From a virus (Duplodnaviria > Heunggongvirae > Uroviricota > Caudoviricetes): DNA of 42,285 nucleotides. The stretch is from the IMG/VR virus record IMGVR_UViG_2778261056_000004, positions 1 through 42,285 of that record; one strand, written 5' to 3'. Position numbers and translations under genes: made by a program. Of this stretch, positions 18,960 through 27,306 are shown one piece after another (position 1 is the stretch's first letter; each line of letters begins with the position of its first letter). Under the pieces are notes generated by a model. It was given only the letters and a program-made list of their open reading frames with translations, was not told the DNA's origin and did no database searches.

Positions 18960-19870
18960 GCCGATTCACGGGCTGGCTTCGTAGCCTTTGGCTCTGATAC
19001 TGGCGGTTTTGCAACCGGCGGCGGTGCCACTGGAGGCGCGTCTGGCGATGGCTCAACCACCAGATAACTCTCCCGGCGCGCCCACTCAGGCGCATCAGGC
19101 CACTTAATTTTTTCGTAACCATGAAGAATGACCAGGGCATGCGCGTAAACCATAAGGTCAAATGCTTCGTTAGCCCCCTTACCAGGCTTCGTCCATTTCC
19201 CATCAGCTGATCGCTCCTCATAGGTCAGTTCGTCGTAAAACCACCCTCCCAGCCAGTCAGGGAAATGCACGTAGTTCGGCCCCGGCACATCGCGCCACAG
19301 CGCGTTATTGATCCGGTCTTTCAGTGCGTTGGTCTGGAGAAGGTAGAGAGGGACATCACCGGCCGCCTTCGCGCGCCGGGCAGAACGCCCGGTGTTATCC
19401 GGGTAGGTTTTGGTAATCAGCTTCGCCCGGGTCTGGCTGTCACCCTTGAAAAGCCAGACTTTGCGCTGCAGACCGTCACGGCGACAGCGCCGCCAGAACT
19501 CATAGGCATTGTCGGTAACGCCATCTTCACCACCGGAGTCGACGGCCATGGCCAGGAGGCTCATTCGCTTGCCCGGTTCGCCATCAAGCGCCCAGGTTTT
19601 CTCCAGCACATCGGTGCGCAGCAGATCCCAGTCCTCCGGGTAGCTGGCAGGATCGATGTGGTAGCTTTCACCATCTGGCGTGGTGCGCATCGACTGCATG
19701 ATGTTGTACCGGTCAACCACCCACCGCTCGCCGTGGGCGCCGTAGCCAACAACCTGCACCACAAATCGCCGGTTTTTACCGCCCTGAACATCGACGGTCG
19801 CCAGCAGGCACGCGCCGCCGTTCAACCGGTTCGGCGCGCTGCAGCAGTTCGTCACCTTTGCGTTGCTCAA
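18929..19870 (-). CDS. terminase large subunit, C-terminal (nuclease) fragment; frameshifted relative to the N-terminal fragment
   Basis: LLATVDVQGGKNRRFVVQVVGYGAHGERWVVDRYNI aligns with lambda gpA AYLTAGIDSQLDRYEMRVWGWGPGEESWLIDRQII; N-terminal 20 aa of the track ORF are out-of-frame read-through. Confidence 0.6.
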   Translation of the reverse strand: MSNAKVTNCCSAPNRLNGGACLLATVDVQGGKNRRFVVQVVGYGAHGERWVVDRYNIMQSMRTTPDGESYHIDPASYPEDWDLLRTDVLEKTWALDGEPGKRMSLLAMAVDSGGEDGVTDNAYEFWRRCRRDGLQRKVWLFKGDSQTRAKLITKTYPDNTGRSARRAKAAGDVPLYLLQTNALKDRINNALWRDVPGPNYVHFPDWLGGWFYDELTYEERSADGKWTKPGKGANEAFDLMVYAHALVILHGYEKIKWPDAPEWARRESYLVVEPSPDAPPVAPPPVAKPPVSEPKATKPARESAWSSSSGGWV

Positions 19871-21014
19871 TACTTGAGCGCGGGAGATACGGGAGTCCCC
19901 AGTCGGTGTTAATGACCGTCTTCAGCGTTTCTTCGCTGCCGGTCGCTTCGTACTCCTGTTCAGCGGTCAGCAGTTTGTAAACCAGTTGGGCCCAGGTCTG
20001 ATATGCAGCTGCCGGGCCTTCCATCCAGAACGATGCGATACGCGACCGCCGCCCGGCGCCCGTTATTGTTCCGCTGCTGTCGATCTGCTGATCCTCACGC
20101 AGCCAGACACCTTTCATATTCAAAGCGCGTTTCTGACCGGCGGTGATCACCCCGGAGCAGGAAGGGCAATGGATGCAGGCCGCTTCGCTGGCCTTTACCG
20201 GATCGCTGATTTCCCGGTAACCGGTCATCGCCGTCATCTCAGGCTGGAAAAACTCACCACAATGCGGACATGGCCAGTACCAGCGCCTGCGGTCGCCGCG
20301 GTTGTACAGTGACAGAATGCCGGTTGTTGGCGGGGCTTCATGCGCCGAGCTCCGGCGCCACTTCGTATCGCGGATGTCCCGGCCTGGGGAACTCTCCACC
20401 AGCGTCATGCCGGACGACATAAACGTGGTGGTACGCTTGGAGGCCAGGGAAAATGCATCACCTTCCCCGTCGATATCCTCCGGGAAGCGGTCATAATCGG
20501 TCAGGGCGACGCACTTGTAATCCGACGAGGACATGATATTGACCGACGGCCAGCCTATCTTGAGATAGTTACCCGCCCTGAATGTCCTGTCGTAAACGTT
20601 ATTATCGTTCCTGCGGGGACTCAGGCGGGTTGCCACTTCCGGACTGCAACGGAACGTGCGATCCAGTCGTTTCTTCGAGTGCTCGCGGGCCTTTTCCTCT
20701 GTCATCTGAATGATCAGCATGTCAGACGGGTCGCAGACCACGTTATAAACCACCCACCCATCAATCAGGCCAATCGTCTTCCCGGTTCGCGCCGGGCCGA
20801 CAAACACCACTGCGTCATACTCGCGCGACGCCAGGCAGTTCATTGGCTCGAGTACATACGGAGCCAGGTTCGGATCCCAGGGAACGGAGTTACCGGCACC
20901 CATTGGCACGCGCATAAATTTACTGACTGCATCGGCCACCAGCATGCGGCGTGGGGCACGAAGTATTCCAGGGACATCCTTTCGGATCCCCCGGGCAGAT
21001 GCCCGCTTCGCCAT
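19776..21014 (-). CDS. terminase large subunit, N-terminal (ATPase) fragment
   Basis: Walker A-like GPARTGKT; WPCPHCGEFF matches lambda gpA ACPHCGEE; last 15-20 aa are frameshift read-through ending at TAA 19776. Confidence 0.65.
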   Translation of the reverse strand: MAKRASARGIRKDVPGILRAPRRMLVADAVSKFMRVPMGAGNSVPWDPNLAPYVLEPMNCLASREYDAVVFVGPARTGKTIGLIDGWVVYNVVCDPSDMLIIQMTEEKAREHSKKRLDRTFRCSPEVATRLSPRRNDNNVYDRTFRAGNYLKIGWPSVNIMSSSDYKCVALTDYDRFPEDIDGEGDAFSLASKRTTTFMSSGMTLVESSPGRDIRDTKWRRSSAHEAPPTTGILSLYNRGDRRRWYWPCPHCGEFFQPEMTAMTGYREISDPVKASEAACIHCPSCSGVITAGQKRALNMKGVWLREDQQIDSSGTITGAGRRSRIASFWMEGPAAAYQTWAQLVYKLLTAEQEYEATGSEETLKTVINTDWGLPYLPRSSIEQRKGDELLQRAEPVERRRVPAGDRRCSGR

Positions 21015-21514
21015 CAGTCCTCCTCTGGCTCATCCTCCTCCGGTTCTGCGTCCAGCACGCGCTGCGCAATCTGGTCGCGAAGATCGTCAATCACACTCTG
21101 TACGCGGCTGACAGCTGCGGGGTTCAGCGCGCAGTCACGCTCCAGAATGTCCGGTAACGTTTCCAGCACCTGCACCACAGCTTTCGCCATGACAGAAAAT
21201 TCACGGGCCACCTCATCAGCCGGGATTAACTGGCCGGTGTCCTGCTCGAATTTGAGCCGCTCGTTTTCCGCTTTCCAGTGGGCGAGCCTGTCCGAAGGCG
21301 TCATATCGTCGGCGCTGGACGCGACGACGGGTGCCATCAGCTCGGTAAGCACATCGGTGATGAGATAGAGTTTGAGTTTGTTGTTGCTGCCCGGTGCAGG
21401 CTCGACTTGCTTAAGCCTGGCGGCAACGGTCTGGCGATGAACGCCGGTGATCCCTGCCAGCTGATTGATGTTCAGCTTCAGGGTGGAGAGCTCCTGGTCC
21501 ATGATGGTGAACAC
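21014..21514 (-). CDS. terminase small subunit (Nu1-like)
   Basis: N-terminal HTH LKLNINQLAGITGVHRQTVAARLK; acidic C-terminus; stop overlaps terminase large subunit start. Confidence 0.7.
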   Translation of the reverse strand: MFTIMDQELSTLKLNINQLAGITGVHRQTVAARLKQVEPAPGSNNKLKLYLITDVLTELMAPVVASSADDMTPSDRLAHWKAENERLKFEQDTGQLIPADEVAREFSVMAKAVVQVLETLPDILERDCALNPAAVSRVQSVIDDLRDQIAQRVLDAEPEEDEPEED

Positions 21515-21599
21515 TTTTTGAACGATTCGACATCATTGCAAAATGGCATTGATAAAAATCATACAGTTATGCACATGATGATGATGACCCTGGATCACG

Positions 21600-21650
21600 A
21601 AAACTAGCCGTTTTCCGCGTGCCCGCCGCCTCGTGGTAGGCCGCCCCTCC
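21600..21650. other. putative cos site (cosN-like GC-rich element)
   Basis: CGTGCCCGCCGCCTCGTGG resembles lambda cosN core GGGCGGCGACCT (reverse strand), about 100 bp upstream of the Nu1-like start. Confidence 0.3.
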
Positions 21651-21744
21651 GGGAGGACCCGCTCAATCGAGAATGATTGTCATTTGCATGATATTCAGGA
21701 GGGGTTGGCCGCCTTGAGAGCCTGCATGAGGCCAGTGGTACGGG

Positions 21745-22086
21745 TCAGAAGCCGAGGCGGACACGTCCCTCTGGTTCGTTGGCATTGGTCGTGATCCATG
21801 CAGTACCAGCCACAGCGTTATCATCCGTACCATCCTTAGCGTTGGCGCTCAGCTTGCCGTCTTTCGTCAGCCAGAGGCGAGCACCGCGCTGCCAGGTTTC
21901 GGCTGCAACCTTCGGCAGCACAAACACCCCGGTCATCATCAGCACACCATCACTGCCGGCGGGGATATCATGCTGAGCGATACCAGAAATCGCACCAACG
22001 ATCACCGGCTGGCCAGATGACACATCTTTTGTGGTCCCGTTGTGCCAGTCCATGGTATTGCCGTCCTGGTAGTAGTTTTTAGCCAT
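21745..22086 (-). CDS. DUF2190-like small protein, paralogue of the head-module gene 14851..15174
   Basis: MAKNYYQDGNTMD...SGQPVIVG...GVFVLPKVAAE parallels MKNFVQDGHTID...SGTPVAVG...GVVQLPKLAAD. Confidence 0.5.
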   Translation of the reverse strand: MAKNYYQDGNTMDWHNGTTKDVSSGQPVIVGAISGIAQHDIPAGSDGVLMMTGVFVLPKVAAETWQRGARLWLTKDGKLSANAKDGTDDNAVAGTAWITTNANEPEGRVRLGF

Positions 22087-22240
22087 ATTTAGCCTCTGGT
22101 TATGCCTGCAAGGCAGATCAAATGAATGAGTCTTACGTTAGGTGCGCTGGGTGCGCAGAGGGGATAATTGACATGAGCATGTGCCTTCACATGATGATGT
22201 TAATTAAAGGCCCCGCTGTAGCGAGGCCTGGTGATACATT

Positions 22241-22540
22241 CTACGGCTTTGTGGTGCTCACGATATACGAGTCCACCACGCCATCCTTGTTTACTTTGAC
22301 CACCAGCGATTTACCCTGCCCTACGCTGAATGCAGTTGCGTGAGCGTAGGTCCAGCCATAGATTTTATTCCCTTCGGAATCGGCGGTTATTGAGGTTGGC
22401 TTACCAAACTTCTGCAGAACAGTTTGCTCTGTCGTGACCCCTTTTTGGATTGAGGCGACATCTGCCTCCGAAAAATCTTTACCAACTGTCGCGCAACCTA
22501 CAAGGCCTAAAGCAATGATGCCTAGAATTGTCTTTCTCAT
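22241..22540 (-). CDS. lipoprotein, moron-like
   Basis: Signal peptide with lipobox LVGC (MRKTILGIIALGLVGCATV); RBS AAGGGA; terminator-like hairpin downstream. Confidence 0.55.
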   Translation of the reverse strand: MRKTILGIIALGLVGCATVGKDFSEADVASIQKGVTTEQTVLQKFGKPTSITADSEGNKIYGWTYAHATAFSVGQGKSLVVKVNKDGVVDSYIVSTTKP

Positions 22541-22769
22541 TGATATATCCCTTATTTCAAAAAGGACAATCCTACCACCGAGCTATCTGAAGCGCGAAAA
22601 TTACATGGCCTGCGATAAAACCTTTGTGATCAGTGCAGAGCGTAAAGTGTCTGTGGTTGCCGCACAGCAGCCGCGAACACGAGAAGTCTTTGGTGTGCGT
22701 GGCGGCATATCTACCCCAAAAACACAGGCGAATACACGTGTGCCAAGTTTTCATTAGCAACATAAATGT

Positions 22770-23264
22770 TTAATTAGGTTTAAATTTATACGCACCAGAA
22801 ATGAATGGCTTAGAAATAAATGGGATGAGCAATTCGGCTATCTTTTCTCGATGCACTTGCCCTTGCATGTATTCGCCATGCCTGTTGTAAAGCGCATGAA
22901 ATTGCTGCCCTATTTCGTTCGTGTCAAACGTAACCTCCATTAATGTTACATAGAGATAAATTTGATTCATCGCGTCTTGAAGTAGCAAGGCGGGCTGACG
23001 GCAGTTTGGGTCTGATGGTTCAAGAGTTTCTGGCATCATAATAAGCAAATTACGATAATTAATCAGGGCAGCCTTTAACGCTTTTTTTTCGTTGTGCTTC
23101 TCTTGCTGCTTCCACGTATGCAGGGCTCGAAAAGCTACGCAGGCAGCTACCAACGTAATAATCCCTGAAAACCATGTTCCCAACACGGACCATAGCGCCC
23201 AATCAGCAGCCTCTCTACTGGCGACAAGCGCCTCATACGCAATATAATTGGCGTCCATTACCAC
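22770..23264 (-). CDS. hypothetical single-pass membrane protein
   Basis: One hydrophobic helix WALWSVLGTWFSGIITLVAACVAF then a soluble domain; AT-rich island. Confidence 0.4.
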   Translation of the reverse strand: MVMDANYIAYEALVASREAADWALWSVLGTWFSGIITLVAACVAFRALHTWKQQEKHNEKKALKAALINYRNLLIMMPETLEPSDPNCRQPALLLQDAMNQIYLYVTLMEVTFDTNEIGQQFHALYNRHGEYMQGQVHREKIAELLIPFISKPFISGAYKFKPN

Positions 23265-23354
23265 CTCGCAATATTCATTGCGGTGATTGTAGCCAAAAAT
23301 ACAATCACAGGCACTCGATGAATACCTGCTCTACTGCCGCACCATGATGGCAAT

Positions 23355-23377
23355 AAAAAACCGCCCGGAGGCGGTTT
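23355..23377 (-). terminator. rho-independent terminator (minus-strand orientation)
   Basis: Minus strand AAACCGCCTCCGGGCGGTTTTTTATTG: stem AACCGCC/GGCGGTT plus T tract. Confidence 0.45.
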
Positions 23378-23465
23378 GAGATACATGAAAATATTTCATG
23401 TTGAATTAAGAATTTTCGCACCAATATCAGATTTGCCCAATCCTAGATAACCTCTGGAAAATCCT

Positions 23466-24017
23466 ATGATTCATACTGTTCATTTTTTATGCCCAGTTTC
23501 TCCAAGTACAGTGAGCTTGCTTCAAAACAATATTTTGTCAGCAATATCTCAAGGGGCAACCCGAATCAACCTGCACATTTCGAGTTCTGGCGGCGACGTA
23601 ACATCCGGCTTTACCGCTTATAATTTTATTAAAACCCTACCCATTCCCGTTCATTGCTTCAACATCAGCAATATCGATTCAATTGCTAATGCAATTTTTC
23701 TCGCCGGAACTAAGCGGTTTGCAAATCACGGAGCAAGATTTTTGTTGCATCCTTTCCAGTGGAACTTCGGGGGAATGCAAAGCGTCGATCACGAACGAAT
23801 GCGCGAATGGGTATCTAGCTTAGATCACGATCTTGACCGTCTCGTTTCTATCTTTAACGAGGAAACTGTTTCCGCTGGAGAACTCACTGACTGGCGTGAG
23901 TTGATCAGAACCTCTTCCATTTTGAACCCTGAAAGAGCTGCCACTCTCGGCCTTATTGAAGGTATTCAGGAGGCTAGCATCGTTGAACCCAATGCTACCT
24001 GGTGGATAAATTGTTGA
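23466..24017 (+). CDS. stand-alone ClpP/S14-like serine protease homologue
   Basis: INLHISSSGGDVTSGFTAYNFIK resembles ClpP and the prohead protease HINSPGGDVFDGIAIFNALK; candidate Ser (DSIANAIFLAG) and His (FLLHPF). Confidence 0.55.
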   Translation: MIHTVHFLCPVSPSTVSLLQNNILSAISQGATRINLHISSSGGDVTSGFTAYNFIKTLPIPVHCFNISNIDSIANAIFLAGTKRFANHGARFLLHPFQWNFGGMQSVDHERMREWVSSLDHDLDRLVSIFNEETVSAGELTDWRELIRTSSILNPERAATLGLIEGIQEASIVEPNATWWINC

Positions 24018-24150
24018 CATGAAGTAACCTCTTTGCCCGATTATTTTTAAGATTATAGTCGGGCTTAATCATTCCGATTGTCAAATCAATGTTTAATTAA
24101 GAATCTATTTCTTGCAATTGATATCCCACGCCTTGTGATGTGCCAAGATG

Positions 24151-24390
24151 TCATTTCACAGCGTTGTACCAGGCTTGCCAACGATATTTATCGAGGCGCA
24201 GCTGCTGAAGGCATTGCGCAGTTTCGATATCAGCCTGCAGATCATCATCGCTATTGGTGCCAGCGTTACTTCCCCTGCACGGCTCCTGCATCAAATCCGC
24301 TGATGGAGTTGGCAGCGTCGATTGCACGCTGGCGCAGCTGCACAGCAGCATCGTCAAACTGGCACACAGTACGATCCGGAGACTGAACAT
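24151..24390 (-). CDS. Rz1-like outer-membrane spanin (overlapped frame)
   Basis: ORF in alternate frame overlapping the 3' end of the Rz-like gene; hydrophobic N-terminus with Cys (MLLCSCAS), Pro-containing mature region. Confidence 0.4.
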   Translation of the reverse strand: MFSLRIVLCASLTMLLCSCASVQSTLPTPSADLMQEPCRGSNAGTNSDDDLQADIETAQCLQQLRLDKYRWQAWYNAVK

Positions 24391-24616
24391 ATTTCACCAC
24401 GTCGCGGGTAATGGTTCGGTAAATCACTTTGCCCTCGATGGTCGCTGCAGCGGCTTTTACTTCAACCGGCTGGATGACCTTCTCGGCGTTCTCTTTCTTC
24501 TTTGCTGCCAGCGCGTTGATATGGTCAGCGTGCGCGCTCCAGCCAGAACGCCAGGCGATTGCACCAGTGACAGAGATGGCGACCACCAGCGCCAGCAGAA
24601 CGTAACGCAGCCTCAT
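24266..24616 (-). CDS. Rz-like inner-membrane spanin
   Basis: N-terminal TM helix LLALVVAISVTGAIAW, then charged periplasmic region; start overlaps endolysin stop. Confidence 0.55.
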   Translation of the reverse strand: MRLRYVLLALVVAISVTGAIAWRSGWSAHADHINALAAKKKENAEKVIQPVEVKAAAATIEGKVIYRTITRDVVKYVQSPDRTVCQFDDAAVQLRQRAIDAANSISGFDAGAVQGK

Positions 24617-25227
24617 GACAGCGCCGCCTGCGCCCGGCTGTAACGCACCTTACGGTCAGCCAGCCCATTCTGCCCACCGTTGATGATCTGGGTGACACGC
24701 ACTATATCGCCGGAATACAGCAGGCAACCGCGTAATGCGAAGAACCAGGCAGCCGACCGGGCAGCGTGTAGCTCCTGCTCCAGCAACTCGGGCGTGCTCA
24801 CCAGATCCAGCTTCAGCGCTGCACCGCATTTGGTGTAGTTCTCACGCCCGGTGATCTGCAGCAGGCCACGGCCACGATATTTCCAGCCGTCGCCCTCGGC
24901 GATGTTGCCCATGCGGCTGCCGTATACCAGGTTGGCGATCTGCGGCTGGTGGGCGGTCTGCTTATTGTCGACACGGCCCAGCATCTCGCACTGGTACGGC
25001 GTCAGGCGCTTACCGAAAGTTTTCTTCAGGCCGTCTACCGAATAGTTGAAGTTCTCCACCAGCGAGGTAAAGCCTGCCGACTCGTGGCCCACCTGCGCGA
25101 TGAACATGGCCTGATCGTTAACTGCGGTGATGCCGAACTCTTTCATTGCTGCGTCGATATGCGGATACCAGCGCGCAGCTAATTCGGCGCTTACCACAGC
25201 CGCCTTCTGAAATTGTGCCTGATTCAT
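24613..25227 (-). CDS. endolysin, glycoside hydrolase family 19 (chitinase-like)
   Basis: FIAQVGHESAGF, YRGRGLLQITGRENY motifs; start MNQAQFQK at 25227 with RBS AAGGAA; track N-terminal extension overlaps the holin. Confidence 0.8.
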   Translation of the reverse strand: MNQAQFQKAAVVSAELAARWYPHIDAAMKEFGITAVNDQAMFIAQVGHESAGFTSLVENFNYSVDGLKKTFGKRLTPYQCEMLGRVDNKQTAHQPQIANLVYGSRMGNIAEGDGWKYRGRGLLQITGRENYTKCGAALKLDLVSTPELLEQELHAARSAAWFFALRGCLLYSGDIVRVTQIINGGQNGLADRKVRYSRAQAALS

Positions 25228-25235
25228 AGAGTTCC

Positions 25236-25571
25236 TTACTTGGTGTCGCCACCAAAGCGGACGTTGATAACTCGGTTTGCTACAGAACGGACCTGTTCGA
25301 CGCCGACAAAGCCCAGCGCCCCGCCGATTGCAATGGAGAGGGATTGAGGAAGGTTGACGTAATCCAGGGCGGATACAGCTGTTAACGTCATGGCGCCGCA
25401 CATCAGGCCTTCCAGCAACATCTTTCGCCAGCCACCGCCGACGTAGGCTATCCGCAATACCGCCATCGCTACGGAAAGCAGAACAGCGCCAATAGGCGTA
25501 TCACCGCGCCACCAGCCGTGGAGCAGATCAAGGAACTCCGTCCAGGAGTGCGGGTCATTGTTCATTTTCAT
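25236..25571 (-). CDS. holin, lambda S-like
   Basis: Dual-start MKM; AVLRIAYVGGGWRKMLLEGLMCGAM resembles lambda S [24 protein letters not shown]. Confidence 0.7.
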   Translation of the reverse strand: MKMNNDPHSWTEFLDLLHGWWRGDTPIGAVLLSVAMAVLRIAYVGGGWRKMLLEGLMCGAMTLTAVSALDYVNLPQSLSIAIGGALGFVGVEQVRSVANRVINVRFGGDTK

Positions 25572-25639
25572 GGTCTCTCACCTCGCTCTGTGCGGGTGTT
25601 ATTGAGGTAATAAAAAAGGCCGCTATCGCGACCTCACGT

Positions 25640-26692
25640 TTATTCCCCTGCCAACGCCCGTATTTCCCCCAACGTCTGATTAAACCTTTCCTCTTCGAGT
25701 TCAACGCCAATAGCCTGGCGGCCAAGTTCCAGCGCGACTTTCACGGTCGAACCGGACCCCATAAAGAAATCAGCCACCACATCACCAGGCTTACTGCTGG
25801 CGTTGATGATCTGCCGCAACATGTCAGCGGGTTTTTCGCATGGGTGTTTACCTGGATAAAACTGAACGGGTTTATGTGTCCAGACGTCGGTATAAGGAAC
25901 GGATACGGAAACAGAGAAATGTCGCCGAAGTGATTTGTACTCTTCGAGCAGCTCTGAATACTTGCGATTCAACGAATGCCACATAGCCACCAGCTGGTGG
26001 TGTGGTGTTGCCAGTTCGCCGTTCTGGTTCTTTTCGTTGGCTACCTGCGTGAAAAGGGACTGAAGCTTCCGGTAGTCTGATTCATTCGGTAATTGCCACT
26101 GGCTACCGCTGAACCAGTGAGACACCATGTTCTTCTTTCCAGTCGCATCGGCTATTTGTTTTGAGGATATGCCAAGCGCTTCACGTGCATCCCGGAAATA
26201 AGAAATTAGGGGAGTCATTACATGCTGCTTCAGCTCGCTTCCCTTCTCAGCGTACCCATCGCTCTTTGGTTTATACGGCCCTTGGTAATGCTCAGCGAAA
26301 AGGATGCGCTCTGTTGCAGGGAAGTAAGAACGCAGGCTCTCTTTATTACAGCCATTCCAGCGGCCCGACGGTTTAGCCCAGATGATATGGTTCAGGACGT
26401 TGAACCGCTCACGCATCATGATCTCAATGTCTGCTGCCAGACGGTGACCGGAGAAAAGATAAAGACTGCCGGCAGGTTTAAGCACTCGCCAGAATTGTGC
26501 GAGGCACATATCAAGCCAGCGAAGATAATCCTCATCCCCTTTCCACTGATTGTCCCAGCCGTTGGGTTTCACTTTGAAGTACGGCGGATCCGTGACTATC
26601 AGGTCAATGGAGTTATCAGGGAGAGTGGCGATGTATTGCAGGCTATCAGCGTTGACTAACTCAACACTGTTTATATTTACAGTATTTTTCAT
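25640..26692 (-). CDS. DNA methyltransferase (N6-adenine/N4-cytosine, DPPY type), orphan
   Basis: Motif IV TDPPY near N-terminus and motif I FFMGSGST near C-terminus; no adjacent restriction enzyme gene. Confidence 0.8.
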   Translation of the reverse strand: MKNTVNINSVELVNADSLQYIATLPDNSIDLIVTDPPYFKVKPNGWDNQWKGDEDYLRWLDMCLAQFWRVLKPAGSLYLFSGHRLAADIEIMMRERFNVLNHIIWAKPSGRWNGCNKESLRSYFPATERILFAEHYQGPYKPKSDGYAEKGSELKQHVMTPLISYFRDAREALGISSKQIADATGKKNMVSHWFSGSQWQLPNESDYRKLQSLFTQVANEKNQNGELATPHHQLVAMWHSLNRKYSELLEEYKSLRRHFSVSVSVPYTDVWTHKPVQFYPGKHPCEKPADMLRQIINASSKPGDVVADFFMGSGSTVKVALELGRQAIGVELEEERFNQTLGEIRALAGE

Positions 26693-26862
26693 AGATCAAT
26701 AAGCGTAACTCTGATAGGCTCTCTTTGCTTTTGCGCTAAAGCAATGGGCCTTGGTTAGCTTGTGACCTGAAAGCATGAGCTGATGGCTGGTGGGTGCTCC
26801 AACATCCACCAGCCGCCCATTTTCACAGCAAAATACCTCCGAAATGGAGGTGCGAAGGCATA

Positions 26863-26886
26863 AAAAAACCCCGCTTAAGCGAGGTT
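26863..26886 (-). terminator. rho-independent terminator after the two-gene cassette
   Basis: Minus strand CCTCGCTTAAGCGGGGTTTTTTTAT. Confidence 0.5.
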
Positions 26887-26901
26887 ATTTCGAATAGATA
26901 A

Positions 26902-27306
26902 TCAAGCAGCAGGTTCGGATGGATAAACCTGCTCATACATCTGCTGAAGGGTGTCAATAGCTTTGTTAGCCATTATCAATATAGCTTCCGCATCAGCCTT
27001 ACTTAAAGTTCTATCAAGCTCGTAATCTGCCCATTTACGTCGGGTATGCAAATGTCTCAGCATTGTTCCCATAGAAATGAGTTTCATTTTTTCAAACGGC
27101 TCATTTCCTTTTAACCATGCATCATTTGTAAGATAGTCGCGAACAGCTTGGTGTGACGACTTGTTTGGGCATTTCTCAAGCTTATCAAGCGTTTCATGAT
27201 AAACTCCATAATACGCTCGACCAATGGCGTTTCTGTAACCGATTTCATCGTTGTGAGAAATGCATTTACCAGCAAAAACAATAAAATCTTTCCCCGATAC
27301 GCTCAT
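26902..27306 (-). CDS. hypothetical protein, 134 aa (weak HEPN-like R-x6-H motif)
   Basis: AT-rich, translationally coupled (ATGA) to upstream ORF; IGRAYYGVYHE motif; no family recognised. Confidence 0.4.
   Translation of the reverse strand: MSVSGKDFIVFAGKCISHNDEIGYRNAIGRAYYGVYHETLDKLEKCPNKSSHQAVRDYLTNDAWLKGNEPFEKMKLISMGTMLRHLHTRRKWADYELDRTLSKADAEAILIMANKAIDTLQQMYEQVYPSEPAA

Noticed and set aside
20340-21368. 342-aa plus-strand ORF
   Set aside because: Antisense to the terminase genes; Ser/Arg-rich low-complexity product.
22241-22540. Identification of the lipoprotein as lambda Bor/Iss
   Set aside because: Occupies a Bor-like position but shows no sequence similarity to Bor; kept as a generic lipoprotein.
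22572-22763. 63-aa minus-strand ORF
   Set aside because: Cys/His-rich low-complexity product without start signals; likely non-coding promoter region of the lipoprotein gene.
26700-26900. Possible tRNA or small RNA gene between cassette and methyltransferase
   Set aside because: No T-loop (GTTCGAATC-like) or cloverleaf signature found; contains only simple hairpins and a terminator.
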